DNA from: Chloroflexota bacterium
GTDB lineage: Bacteria; Chloroflexota; Limnocylindria; Limnocylindrales; CSP1-4
Direction of reading: 5' to 3'
Assembly (NCBI GenBank): GCA_021789435.1
Contig: JAJYJO010000003.1
Coordinates: forward strand, 10,812 to 74,811
Length of the DNA: 64,000 nucleotides
Both the position numbers and the translations under genes were made by a program. How positions within the stretch are numbered: the stretch's first letter is position 1; every line of letters starts with the position of its first letter. Below, piece by piece: positions 31,933 to 41,590 of this stretch. The notes under the pieces are model-generated. The model did not search any database and had not been told where the DNA came from. It saw only the letters and a list, made by a program, of their open reading frames with translations.

Positions 31933-33015
31933 TCAGCCGACGGGGCTGGCGGATTGGGCGGCGAGCTCCGCCGGCAGGAGCCCGATGCGGTCGAGTCCCT
32001 CGCGAACGGCCTCCAGGCTCATCCGGCCGCCGAGGAGCGGCACCCGCTGGACGTCGCGGTACAGGACGCGCTCGACGACGCTGGCGTACTGGCCCTCGCT
32101 GCCCTCGATGACGATGATCTGGCGGTAGCGTCCGGCGACCTCGCGGAGCTCGTCCTGGAGGACCGGCCAGATGCGGATGGGCCGGAAGAGCGCGAAGTAC
32201 GGTGCCAGCGGAGCGCTGATGCGCCGGGTGATCCCGAAGCAGATGACGAGGGTGTCCGCCTCCTTGTTCCAGCCGTACTCGTAGAAGGCATAGCGCCGGG
32301 CCGCCTCCTCGCGCGCCAGCCGGGCCGCCTCGAACTGGCGGATGAACTCGTCGGCGTCCGCCGTGGCCGGCTCGCCGTCCTCATAGGTCAGCACGCCGCT
32401 GAAGAGACGAGTGGAGCCGGAGGCCAGCCGCTCCAGCGTCCGGGGGACGACCGGGACCTCGATGGTGTCGAGGTCCACGACCTCGTTGAGGTGGCCCAGG
32501 AAGGCGTCGGAGAGGAGGATCACCGGCGAGCGGCTCTCCTCCGCCGCGTTGAAGGCGTGGATCGTGTACTCGAAGCATTCGCCGACGGTCGACGGGTAGA
32601 AGACGATGCTGGTGTAGTCGCCGCTCGAGCCGTAGCGCGTCTGGAGGATGTCGCCCTGGCCCGGCATGGTGGGCATGCCCGTGCCCGGGCCCACGCGCTG
32701 CACGTCCACGAAGACGCAGGGGACGCCGACCTTGTGGGCGTAGCCGATCGCCTCCTGCATCAGGCTGAAGCCGGGGCCCGAGGTGGCGGTGAACGATTTC
32801 GCGCCGGCAAGGCTGGCGCCGATGATGGCGTTGGCGCTCGCGATCTCATCCTCCGCCTGGAGGAAGCGCAGTTCCGGGTGGGCCGCAGCATAGGCAGAGG
32901 CCTGCATCAGGATCTCGCTCGACGGGCTGATCGGGTAGCCGGCGAAGTAGGTGGCTCCGGCCCGAACTGCTCCCAGCAGGACGGCCTCGTTGCCCTGGAC
33001 GAGTCGCTTGGTCAT
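31933..33015 (-). CDS. 2-oxoacid:ferredoxin oxidoreductase alpha subunit
   Basis: GNEA, AGYPISPSSEI, EDEIAS, ATSGPGFSLMQE, QRVGPGTGMPT; ATG 33015. Confidence 0.93.
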   Translation of the reverse strand: MTKRLVQGNEAVLLGAVRAGATYFAGYPISPSSEILMQASAYAAAHPELRFLQAEDEIASANAIIGASLAGAKSFTATSGPGFSLMQEAIGYAHKVGVPCVFVDVQRVGPGTGMPTMPGQGDILQTRYGSSGDYTSIVFYPSTVGECFEYTIHAFNAAEESRSPVILLSDAFLGHLNEVVDLDTIEVPVVPRTLERLASGSTRLFSGVLTYEDGEPATADADEFIRQFEAARLAREEAARRYAFYEYGWNKEADTLVICFGITRRISAPLAPYFALFRPIRIWPVLQDELREVAGRYRQIIVIEGSEGQYASVVERVLYRDVQRVPLLGGRMSLEAVREGLDRIGLLPAELAAQSASPVG

Positions 33016-33029
33016 CTGGCTCCGTCCGA

Positions 33030-33488
33030 TCAGGTCGGGTTGGCGCGGTCGACGTCGGGGGCGCTCTCGGCGTCGGTGATCCCGCGCTGGGGGTTGGTCC
33101 CCGCGACGGCCGGCCCGCGGGCGGCGTCCGGAACGCGCGGCCGGCTTCCCGCCGACGTGGAGGCCGCCGAGACTGCCTCCTGGGCCACGACGTCGGCCGG
33201 CAGGCGGCCGTCGGCATCGCGCTTGGGCAGGACTTCGATCGCGAGGTCCGGGCAGTACCGCTCGCAGAGTCCGCAGCGGATGCAGTCCTCCACCTCGATG
33301 ATCGCGTCGTGGGTCAGGACGAGGCAATCCTTGGGGCAGATCTCGACACAGATATTGCAGCGCTTGCACCACTCGTCGACCCATCGAATGTTGACGAAGT
33401 CGACGATCGTTGGCGCGCGATGCGCGCGGCGCTCCCGCGGCGGATAGAGCGTACTGATGGTGGTGGCCTCCCCAGCGTCTCCGGTCAA
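33030..33488 (-). CDS. 2-oxoacid:ferredoxin oxidoreductase delta (ferredoxin) subunit
   Basis: CKRCNICVEICP and CIRCGLCERYCPDLAI; start uncertain. Confidence 0.85.
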   Translation of the reverse strand: MTGDAGEATTISTLYPPRERRAHRAPTIVDFVNIRWVDEWCKRCNICVEICPKDCLVLTHDAIIEVEDCIRCGLCERYCPDLAIEVLPKRDADGRLPADVVAQEAVSAASTSAGSRPRVPDAARGPAVAGTNPQRGITDAESAPDVDRANPT

Positions 33489-33639
33489 GTCTGCGCGAAG
33501 TGGCGACGGGAATTCCAGTTTAGGCAGATCGGAGCCTGCCTGCAGGCGACCTGGCGCGGCCGATGGCTCGAACGGGCAGAAGGTCGGGGTCCAACAGGCT
33601 CCGGGATCGGCCCGGGGTAGAATCGTCGGGGAGCAAACG

Positions 33640-33951
33640 ATGGCATACGGACTCCGGGTCGGGCCTCGCGTCCTCAGCGTGCGGGTCGAGGAGCCCCCGC
33701 GCGGGCCGGTCCTCGGTGTCGCCGCGATCCGCCCGGGCGCGCCGGTCGTCGACGTTGACGGCGATCCGGCCGGTCACGTGGCGCACGTGGGCGAGCGATT
33801 CCTCGAGGTGAGCCGGGGATTTTTGGAGCCGAGTGCCTACGTCCCGCTGACGGCGATCTGCGAGATCCGCGGCGGCGTGGTCCGGCTGGGCGTCCCGGCG
33901 GCTCGCCTCGCCGAACCCTCGTGGCAGCGCCGGCCGCGGAGCGGCCTCTGA
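33640..33951 (+). CDS. PRC-barrel/DUF2171-like small protein
   Basis: IRPGAPVVDVDGDPAGHV..V...LEVSRG...YVPL.AI; TAGAAT at 33618-33623 and GGGGAG upstream. Confidence 0.6.
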   Translation: MAYGLRVGPRVLSVRVEEPPRGPVLGVAAIRPGAPVVDVDGDPAGHVAHVGERFLEVSRGFLEPSAYVPLTAICEIRGGVVRLGVPAARLAEPSWQRRPRSGL

Positions 33952-34036
33952 CCCGCGCGGCCCCGCGCGGCCCCGCCGGCCGCCGACTCGACTCGGCGGG
34001 ACGAGGCGCGCGGCGGGCCGGGGGCGGAGCGGAGCG

Positions 34037-35146
34037 TCAGGCCGGCCCCGGGTGGAGCGCCTCCACGCGCCCGGCGAAGGCGGCGATCTCGGTCGGACCG
34101 TCCAGGCCGCCGATCTCCAGGTCGTAGGCGCGGACCTCGCCCGGCTCAAGGAAGAGCAGCTCTCCCCGTTCCCGCGCGTCCCAGCGGCCGGCATCTCGGT
34201 TGGTGGACGGCTCCATCGCCAGGGCGTAGGTGTCCTCGCCCATCATCCGCCAGACCGTGTGGTGCGGGAGCTGGGCCAGCCGGAAGACCTGGTAGACGCC
34301 GAGCCCCCGGGCGCGGTTGACCACCGCGACGGGGACGGTTCCAGCGGCCTCGGCGGTGAGCTCATGCTCGAAGCAGGCCTCGGTGAAGTCCTTGATCGGC
34401 GCCGAGAGGCGACGGTAGCCCTCGATCGGCACGCCGTAGTCGGTGGTCGTACGGGAGGCCGGCACGAGCAGCTCGGCACCGTCGTCCACGACCGGAAAGC
34501 CGGCGTTGCAGTGGTAGAGCTGCATGTGGGAGGTCCGGTAGTGGCCGACATTCTCGACCTCGTCGTGGATCGTGAAGCGGCTCTCGCCCACCCGCGCCTC
34601 GATCCGGCGGCGGAGCTGGAGGTGCTCGGCGAAGACCTCCGACTGGAGGACCTCGCCTTCGGCCCACAGGACGCACTCGTCGCCCTCCCAGCGCTCGCCG
34701 TAGCCGACGAGCCGGGCCGGCAGCCCTCCGACGCGCCCGTGGAGGCCGTAGGGGACCGTCTTCCTGATGTGTGGCTGGTGGTAGTCCTCGGCGCTGTCCT
34801 CCCCGGGGCCGAGCGTGTGGTCGAGGCCGCAGGTCACGACCATGCCGCCGCCCCAGCCGCGGAACCAGCCCCAGCCCTCCGGCTCGTAGTACCAGGGGCC
34901 GACCACGCCCTGGTTCGACTGCCAGTTGAGGGGCCGACCCGCCAGCTCGCATCGGCCGATGTCGAAAGCCCGGTCGACCACGACGTCGAAGCTGAAGCCG
35001 GTGCCGGTCCTGAACTCCAGCACCCGGACGCCCCGACCCAGGCCGTCGCCGAGGGTCACGAGGCGGACTCCGGCGACCTGCTCCAGCCGTCCGACGCGCT
35101 TCAGCAGCTCGCTCCGTGCGTAGCCGTTTCCCCACAGGGTCGGCAT
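34037..35146 (-). CDS. Aldose 1-epimerase-like protein (DUF4432 type)
   Basis: GVRLVTL.DG..RGVRVLEFRTG.G, TCGLDH, LHGR, LYHCN.GFP, MEP.TN. Confidence 0.85.
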   Translation of the reverse strand: MPTLWGNGYARSELLKRVGRLEQVAGVRLVTLGDGLGRGVRVLEFRTGTGFSFDVVVDRAFDIGRCELAGRPLNWQSNQGVVGPWYYEPEGWGWFRGWGGGMVVTCGLDHTLGPGEDSAEDYHQPHIRKTVPYGLHGRVGGLPARLVGYGERWEGDECVLWAEGEVLQSEVFAEHLQLRRRIEARVGESRFTIHDEVENVGHYRTSHMQLYHCNAGFPVVDDGAELLVPASRTTTDYGVPIEGYRRLSAPIKDFTEACFEHELTAEAAGTVPVAVVNRARGLGVYQVFRLAQLPHHTVWRMMGEDTYALAMEPSTNRDAGRWDARERGELLFLEPGEVRAYDLEIGGLDGPTEIAAFAGRVEALHPGPA

Positions 35147-35197
35147 CTGATCGCCTCCTGTCAGGCCGGTCGGGCCTGCCTCTTCGCCCGCAGAGAG

Positions 35198-35234
35198 ACG
35201 GAGCGGCGTCGGCCGATGGCCGGCGCCGCTCCGT
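35198..35234. other. 17-bp-stem intergenic hairpin within the operon
   Basis: ACGGAGCGGCGTCGGCC-GAT-GGCCGGCGCCGCTCCGT with one non-Watson-Crick pair. Confidence 0.5.
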
Positions 35235-35262
35235 TCGGTGAGGACCTAACTGTGGCCGATCG

Positions 35263-36825
35263 TCACCACTCGCCTTCCATGTCCCGAAGCTCTTCCTCCG
35301 TGGCGGGACGCTCGGAGGCGCCGATTGCGGCCGCCTTCATCCAGTCCTCGCGGCCGGTCGCCTTGAGGTACCAGACGAGGAGGAGGCCGACGATGAACCA
35401 GACGCCGACGAAGATGACGGCGTAGTTGAACGGCGCCGGCGGCAACGTCCAGGCCTGCGGCTGGAAGGCCAGCGGCTCGCCGCCCACGATGTTCAGCGAG
35501 AAGAGCAGGACGGCGATCATGCCCAGGGTGGACAGGACCGGGAAGAGCGCGTGGCTCACCCAGCTGAACTCCTGCGGTCGCTCGCGGCGGTAGAGCATGT
35601 AGGCAGCGATGTTGCCCAGGGTGTAGATGATCAGGACGACGTACCCGATCATGTAGCCGTCCATGTAGTACTGGTTCTGGTAGGCGGTGACGAGCGTCTG
35701 GCCGCCGCTGGCGGCCGGCGTGGCGAAATAGGCGATCGCGGTCAGGCCAATGGCCGTGCAGACGGCCAGCACCCACTGGGCCATGATCGCGTTGACCGGG
35801 GTCTTGCGCTCGGAGTGGACGCGGCCGAACCACTTCGGGAAGGCGCCATCGACGCCCATCCGGTACCACATCCGGGTGCCGACGTTGGCGCAGGCGATCG
35901 AGACGGCGATGACCGAGCTGACGAGCATCACGAGCAGGATGACCCAGGCGTCGCCCCAGAACTTCTTGGCCAGGGTAATGCCGGGCAGCTCGATTCCAGG
36001 CTTGGTCATGCCGGTGTAGTCGTTCGTGCCCCAGCCGCTCATCACGCCCCACTGGACGATGACGATGAAGATCCCGAAGAGGATCACCGAGCCGATGAGG
36101 GCCCGTGGTACGTTTTTGGTCGGGTTCTCGGACTCCTCGGCCATTGGGGCCGAGCCCTCCCAGCCGGTGAAGGCCTGGATGGCGAAGACGGCGGCGATGA
36201 AGAGGCCCGCCGTGCTGCTGGCGTTGCCAGGGTTGAAGGGCGTCAGGTTGAGCCCGCCTGGACCGGGGTTGGCGAGGCCCCAGAGGCCGAGCAGGAGGAC
36301 GATGATCAGCTCGAAGCCGCCGGTGACGATGAGCGTCTTGCCCGAGAGCTGGACACCCAGGTACTGGATCCCGGCGACGATCGACACGATCACCAGGCCG
36401 AAGACGAGCGGGAACCAGTCCGCGAGGGCGCCCGTCCACCCCAGCGAGCTCGAGATCACGTAGCCGCCGAAGACGGTCACGGCCCCGAGCACGAGTGGCG
36501 CGTAGATGATGTTCAGCCACGAGACCAGGAAACCGGCTCGTGGATGGATCCCCCGGGACACGTAGGTGAAGTAGCCGCCGGCCGACGGCACCGCGCGGGC
36601 CAGCTGGGCGAGCACGATCGCGGTGAAGATCACGATCAGGAACGCGATCGGGTAGGCCAGCGGCGCCGCGAGGCCGGCCTGTGACACGACGACGGGCGTG
36701 TAGAAGAGGGCCGCGATGCCCGGCGCGACCATCGTCAGGCTCTGCATGAAGATCGACGGCAGGCGCAGCGCGCCGGCCTTGAGCTGGGTTTCGGCGACGG
36801 TCACCGACGCCGTGTTTCCGGCCAT
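35263..36825 (-). CDS. APC-superfamily amino acid/amine permease
   Basis: About 12 TM segments; PSAGGYFTYV, AFTGWE....AEE..NP.KNVPRA. Confidence 0.92.
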   Translation of the reverse strand: MAGNTASVTVAETQLKAGALRLPSIFMQSLTMVAPGIAALFYTPVVVSQAGLAAPLAYPIAFLIVIFTAIVLAQLARAVPSAGGYFTYVSRGIHPRAGFLVSWLNIIYAPLVLGAVTVFGGYVISSSLGWTGALADWFPLVFGLVIVSIVAGIQYLGVQLSGKTLIVTGGFELIIVLLLGLWGLANPGPGGLNLTPFNPGNASSTAGLFIAAVFAIQAFTGWEGSAPMAEESENPTKNVPRALIGSVILFGIFIVIVQWGVMSGWGTNDYTGMTKPGIELPGITLAKKFWGDAWVILLVMLVSSVIAVSIACANVGTRMWYRMGVDGAFPKWFGRVHSERKTPVNAIMAQWVLAVCTAIGLTAIAYFATPAASGGQTLVTAYQNQYYMDGYMIGYVVLIIYTLGNIAAYMLYRRERPQEFSWVSHALFPVLSTLGMIAVLLFSLNIVGGEPLAFQPQAWTLPPAPFNYAVIFVGVWFIVGLLLVWYLKATGREDWMKAAAIGASERPATEEELRDMEGEW

Positions 36826-36970
36826 AGAGCTCCTCTCTCCTCCGCCCGAGTGGGGCAGGGCATGGTCCGGGGCGGGGCCGAGGGGCCGCCCGCCTCAAGC
36901 GCCTCGGTCGTTCGTTCCGCGTTGCCCTCCTTCCAGTTGTCGGACGATGTCGGCCGCTCTTCCCGGGCCG

Positions 36971-37933
36971 TCAGAAGATCGCGATCGGGTTCCAGGGCGA
37001 GCCCGTCCCGCCGGGGAGTCGGAGCGGGAGCCCCACGACCATGAACTCGAATCGGCCCTCCTCCTCGCAGGCGCGGGCCAGGTCCTCGAACTGCAGGCTG
37101 TCCGAGGCCAGCATGCCCATGGCCACGATCTGCAGCGGGTGGATCGGGTAGATCATCCCCTCGACCACGCTCGGGACCGCCTCGCCGTCCCCGTCCGGCA
37201 GGAATGCCGCGATCCGCCGCTCGTGCATCCAGGGGATCGTGTCGACGTGCAGCCCGGCCTTGCCCGCGCCGACCGGCGGCGGGTCGTTGCTCCACGCGCC
37301 GAGCTCCAGCCGCCGGCGGTGGTGGCCGGTCCGGTAGACGAGGATGTCGCCCTCGCCGAGGTGGACCCCTTCGGCCCGCTCGACCGCCTCCAGCTCGGAC
37401 CGCGTGACGGCCTCCCCGGGCTCGAGCCACTTGACCCCGCGGTAGCGCGGCACATCGAGCAGAACGCCACGGCCGACCAGGCCGTTGCCGTAGTTCGTGA
37501 TGTCCAGCGTCGTGGCGCCCTTGGTCGTCATGACCTCGAGGGCCGGCTTGCCGTTGTAGGTGAGGCCTTTGTAGGAGATGTGGCAGAGCGCGTCGACGTG
37601 CGTGTGGCAGTCGCCGTGACAGGCCATCCCCAGGAAGTCCAGGGCGAACCGGAGCCCGCTGGAGCCGATGTCGATGTCGTGGCCCTGGGTCACGAAGTGG
37701 ATCGCCTGGCTCGGGTTGTCCGGGCCGGCCACCTTGTTGATGGGGATCTCCATCGAGACCCGGCGGCCGGAGCGGACGAGGCGTGCCGCCGCCCGCACCT
37801 TCTCCGGGGTGATGTAGTTGAGGGTCCCGAGCTGGTCGTCGGGGCCCCAGCGGCCCCAGTTCTTGACCGACTCGAAGATCCGGTCGAACTCCTCGAGGCT
37901 GACCTTCGGGGCCGCCGGGACCGGTGTCGCCAT
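36971..37933 (-). CDS. Cyclase-family (kynurenine formamidase-like) metal-dependent hydrolase
   Basis: NWGRWGPDDQLGTLN, HGDCHTHVDALCH, GRGVLLD, GGTGSPWNPIAIF. Confidence 0.88.
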   Translation of the reverse strand: MATPVPAAPKVSLEEFDRIFESVKNWGRWGPDDQLGTLNYITPEKVRAAARLVRSGRRVSMEIPINKVAGPDNPSQAIHFVTQGHDIDIGSSGLRFALDFLGMACHGDCHTHVDALCHISYKGLTYNGKPALEVMTTKGATTLDITNYGNGLVGRGVLLDVPRYRGVKWLEPGEAVTRSELEAVERAEGVHLGEGDILVYRTGHHRRRLELGAWSNDPPPVGAGKAGLHVDTIPWMHERRIAAFLPDGDGEAVPSVVEGMIYPIHPLQIVAMGMLASDSLQFEDLARACEEEGRFEFMVVGLPLRLPGGTGSPWNPIAIF

Positions 37934-37968
37934 CTTGCGCATGCCTCCTCGGCTCGTCGCCCGGTTCG

Positions 37969-38778
37969 CTAGCGGACGCCACCCGGCACGAGCGGCGCGT
38001 CGAGCTGGCCGGGGACCGGCAGGCCGACGGAGTAGGCGCCGTCGACCACGAAGAACGCACCGGCGACGAAGGAGGCGTCGTCGGAGCAGAGGTAGAGGAT
38101 CGGCCGGGCGATCTCCTCCGGCTCGGCGAAGCGGCCCATCGGCGTCCGGTCGAGGAAGACCTTCGACTGGACGGGGTCGTTGATGACGAACCACGAGAGC
38201 CGGGTATTGATGATCCCCGGCGCGATCCCGTTGACTCGGATGCCGTACCTGGCGAGCTCCATGGCGGCGGTGTGCATGATCGCCACCTGGCCGCTCTTCG
38301 AGGTGTTGTAGAAGACGCCCTCCTGTTCGGGCTGGAAGGCGTTCGTGGAGGAGACGATCACGATCGCCCCGCCGTGGCCCTCCCGGACCATCTCCCGGGC
38401 CGACTCCTGGACCGAGAGCCAGGTCCCCTTGAGGTCGATCCCGATCTGCTGCTCCCAGGACTCGTCCGTCCCCTCCAGGAAGGGAACGAAGTCGGCGATC
38501 CCGGCGTTGGCGACCATGATGTCGTGCCGGCCGAAGGCATCGACGCAGGCCTTCACCGCGCCCTGGTTGGCGGCCCGCTGGGAGACGTCGCCCTCGTGGA
38601 CGACACACCTGCCACCCTTGGCCCGGATTCCGGCGGCGACCTCCTCGAGCACGTCGGCGTGCCAGCCGAAGAGCACCACGCCGGCGCCCTCGGCCGCGAA
38701 GGCCTCGGCGGTGGCCCGACCGATCCCCCGGCCGGCTCCGGTCACCACGACGCCCTTGCCCTCGAACCGCTTGTCCAT
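37969..38778 (-). CDS. Short-chain dehydrogenase/reductase
   Basis: TGAGRGIG, ANAGI, YNTSK, RVNGIAPG. Confidence 0.93.
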   Translation of the reverse strand: MDKRFEGKGVVVTGAGRGIGRATAEAFAAEGAGVVLFGWHADVLEEVAAGIRAKGGRCVVHEGDVSQRAANQGAVKACVDAFGRHDIMVANAGIADFVPFLEGTDESWEQQIGIDLKGTWLSVQESAREMVREGHGGAIVIVSSTNAFQPEQEGVFYNTSKSGQVAIMHTAAMELARYGIRVNGIAPGIINTRLSWFVINDPVQSKVFLDRTPMGRFAEPEEIARPILYLCSDDASFVAGAFFVVDGAYSVGLPVPGQLDAPLVPGGVR

Positions 38779-38819
38779 CTGACAATCTCCGATCTGCATG
38801 GCGCGAGGGACGCGACGCT

Positions 38820-39983
38820 TCAGCCGGCGAGCAGTCCGCCGTGGCCGGGCCCGCGCGGGATCACGGGCCAGATGTCGATCACGACGTCATCGCGGACGAC
38901 GTGGTAGGCGTCGTACCAGTTGACGGTCCCGGGCGAGTAGCCGGGGATGAGGGCCACGCTGGCGCCGACCTTGAGCGTGGATCCCTGCCCTGCGGCGAAG
39001 ATGCCGTGCTCCTCGTCAAAGCGGAACGACTCGAGCTCCGGATGGCCGACGATCGTCGCCAGGGCGCCGGCGCCCATCGACTTGTTGCCGGCGTCGACGA
39101 TGACGCGGTCCGGCCGACGGCTGATGACGGTCGCCTGGACGGTGAGGGAGTGGTCGAAGCCCGGGGCCATGTGGCCGTGGAAGTTGTCGATCACGCAGTA
39201 GGTGCCGGCCTGGATCTCGGTGATCCGAGGGTTGGAGGCCGTCCACTCCCAGGTGCCGGTGCCGCCCGCGGAGAGGACCCCGACCGGGATGCCGGCCGCG
39301 GCGATGGCGTCGGCGACGCCGGTGAAGAAGTTCATCGCGGTCTGCTGCTTCTCGAGGCGCAGGTCGTGCTCCGGGGTGAGCGAACAGTGGCCCTCGTAGC
39401 CGGTCAGCCCATCGAAGCGGAGGCCCGGCAGCTCGACGACCCCCCGGGCGAGGGCGACCGCCTCCTCGGCCGTGTCCACCCCGCAGCGGTCCATGCCCGT
39501 GTCCACCTCGATCATGACGCCGAGCGTGCCGCCGGCGGCGACCGCGGCGGCCGAGAGGGCGCGGGCGTTGTCGATCTCGTCCACCGCGACCCGCAGCCTG
39601 GTCCCTCGGGCGAGCTCGGCGAGGGCGCGGATCTTGTCCGGGCCGGCCACGGTATTGACGACGAAGAGGTCGTCGATGCCGGCCTCGGCCATGACCATCG
39701 CCTCCCAGACGGTGGCGGTGGAGAGCCCGAAGGCCCCGGCCTCCACCTGGCGGCGGCCCAGCTCGGGGCTCTTGTGGACCTTGATGTGGGGCCGGATGCC
39801 GGCCGGCAGCTCGCGCAGGCGGGCCGCCATTCGCTCGATGTTGCGCTGGGCCGCGTCGATGTCGAGGACGAGGGCCGGCGTCACCAGCGCCTCGCGCCGG
39901 CGACCGATCGCCCCGCCGTACTGCGCGCGGACCCTTTCCGCCGCGGCTTCGATCGCGCCGCGCCGCTCACGCACCTCGGTCAT
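38820..39983 (-). CDS. Fold-type III PLP enzyme (DSD1 / D-threonine aldolase-like)
   Basis: TPALVLD, RPHIKVHK, EVDTGMDRCG, GYEGH, GGTGT, EIQAGTY, DAGNK, EEHG; ATG 39983. Confidence 0.88.
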   Translation of the reverse strand: MTEVRERRGAIEAAAERVRAQYGGAIGRRREALVTPALVLDIDAAQRNIERMAARLRELPAGIRPHIKVHKSPELGRRQVEAGAFGLSTATVWEAMVMAEAGIDDLFVVNTVAGPDKIRALAELARGTRLRVAVDEIDNARALSAAAVAAGGTLGVMIEVDTGMDRCGVDTAEEAVALARGVVELPGLRFDGLTGYEGHCSLTPEHDLRLEKQQTAMNFFTGVADAIAAAGIPVGVLSAGGTGTWEWTASNPRITEIQAGTYCVIDNFHGHMAPGFDHSLTVQATVISRRPDRVIVDAGNKSMGAGALATIVGHPELESFRFDEEHGIFAAGQGSTLKVGASVALIPGYSPGTVNWYDAYHVVRDDVVIDIWPVIPRGPGHGGLLAG

Positions 39984-40237
39984 CACAGCTCCCTGGTGAG
40001 CGGCCCGTCCATGCGTGGCATCGAGCGGGGCGACCGGCCGGCTCCCCACCCGAACGTGTGGCGCATGGATCTGCCGACGGGTCTCGGCCGGAGGTCCGGG
40101 TGGCGGTTCCACCCGGACCCGCCCGAAACTCGGGGCCGACCCGAGCCTCCCTCCGCCGCCCGGGCCCGTCGGCCCCGATCTCCCGAGAACCGCCGACGTC
40201 CCGATCCCGATCGGAGCGGAGACATCGATCCGCGGAG

Positions 40238-40267
40238 AGAATAGGCACCGTTGCCCGTCGGCGTCAA
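40238..40267 (-). promoter_or_regulatory. Sigma70-type promoter for the PLP enzyme-permease operon
   Basis: TTGACG (40267-40262), 18-nt spacer, TATTCT (40243-40238). Confidence 0.55.
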
Positions 40268-40329
40268 GAAGTTGCGACCGCCCGCACGTCCCTGCCCCCG
40301 GAGCCTTCCCCACGCCGGCTGGGGCGTCC

Positions 40330-41310
40330 TCAGGACACCCGGTCCAGCAGGGCGAGCGCGGTCGCCTCGTCGGTCACGAGCACCTCCAGGCAGCCGCTCG
40401 CCAGCGCTCCGCGGATCGCCTCGACCTTGGCCGCCCCCGCGGCGATGCCGACGACGGTGGGAATGGCCGCCAGCTCGGGCCACTCGATGGCGACGGTGCG
40501 CTCGTCGAGCTGGCCGGCCGGCCGGCCGGCGGCATCGAAGAAGCGCGAGTTCATGCTGCCGACCGCCCCGGCGGCGAGGAGCCGGAGGCGGTCCTCGGTC
40601 GTGATCTGGGGGGCCCGCAGGAGGGTAGCCTCGGGTCGCATCTCGCCGATCCCGACCAGGGCGAGCTCACTGTTCGCGGCAAGGGCAAGGGCCGCCCGGA
40701 CGGAGCTGTCGCTGAGGATCGCCGTCCTGATCGACGGCGAATCCACGATCGAGGGCGCATGGAGGTAGTGGACGCGGCTGCCCGGGTAGAGGCCGGCGAG
40801 GTGGCGGACGAGCTCGTGGCCCTGGATGCCCGGCACCGGGTCGCTGAGGCCCCCGGCGAGTTGGGTGATCAGCAGGTCCGAGACGATGCCCGGCTCCATG
40901 AACCGGATGACCGCCGAGAGCGTGGTCCCCCAGCCGACGCCGATCCGCATGCCGGTCCGCAGGAGCGTCCCGACATACTCCGCCGCGACCGCCGCCAGCG
41001 CCTGCAGGTCGTCGCGCTCATCGGTCGGGGCCACGATGGTCCGCGACAGCCGATACTGGTTCGCCAGCTGCCGCCCAAGCTCCACGTTGCGGCGCCGGGG
41101 CGGCCGGATCTCGACCCGGACGATCCCCTCGTCACGGGCGCGCTTGAGGTAGCGCGAGACGGTCGAGGGGTCCAGCCCGAGGTCGCGGGCGATCTGCACC
41201 TGGGTCCAGCCGAGCAGATAGAACCGTCGGGCCACCTCGGTCAGGTGGTCGACGCCGCGCACCGCCGCCGCCGGCCGGCCTGGTCCGTCCTCGGTCTCCA
41301 TCGCCGCCAC
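40330..41310 (-). CDS. SorC/LsrR-family sugar-phosphate-binding transcriptional regulator
   Basis: VARRFY..G.TQ.QIARDLG....VSRYL..ARDEGIVRV; IGVGWGTT, LVGIG, LVTDE. Confidence 0.92.
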   Translation of the reverse strand: MAAMETEDGPGRPAAAVRGVDHLTEVARRFYLLGWTQVQIARDLGLDPSTVSRYLKRARDEGIVRVEIRPPRRRNVELGRQLANQYRLSRTIVAPTDERDDLQALAAVAAEYVGTLLRTGMRIGVGWGTTLSAVIRFMEPGIVSDLLITQLAGGLSDPVPGIQGHELVRHLAGLYPGSRVHYLHAPSIVDSPSIRTAILSDSSVRAALALAANSELALVGIGEMRPEATLLRAPQITTEDRLRLLAAGAVGSMNSRFFDAAGRPAGQLDERTVAIEWPELAAIPTVVGIAAGAAKVEAIRGALASGCLEVLVTDEATALALLDRVS

Positions 41311-41457
41311 CCCGTTTCCGGATCCGGGTCCCAGCTCCCGGCGTTCACGGTCCGCAGGCTACACCGCCACCCCGCTCGGTCGAAGGCCCGATCGTCACCG
41401 GCCGGGCCCCGGCTGGAGCCTGGGCCGTCGGTCGCGGCCGCCCATCGGGCCGAGTAT

Positions 41458-41492
41458 GGCACGGAGTTGACCGGACTGGCACAATCTTTCCG
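41458..41492 (+). repeat. 35-bp promoter/operator element, copy 1
   Basis: GGCACGgagTTGACcgGACTGGCACAATCTTTCCG; 30/35 identical to the reverse complement of 48471-48505. Confidence 0.85.
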
Positions 41493-41590
41493 CCGACGGC
41501 CAGTCGGCTCCCGTCCCGGCCCCGGGACGAAGGGCCGCGCCGTTCGCGCCCGACGCCCGGGTTCCCCGGCGAGCGTGTGGAGGTGGACCA

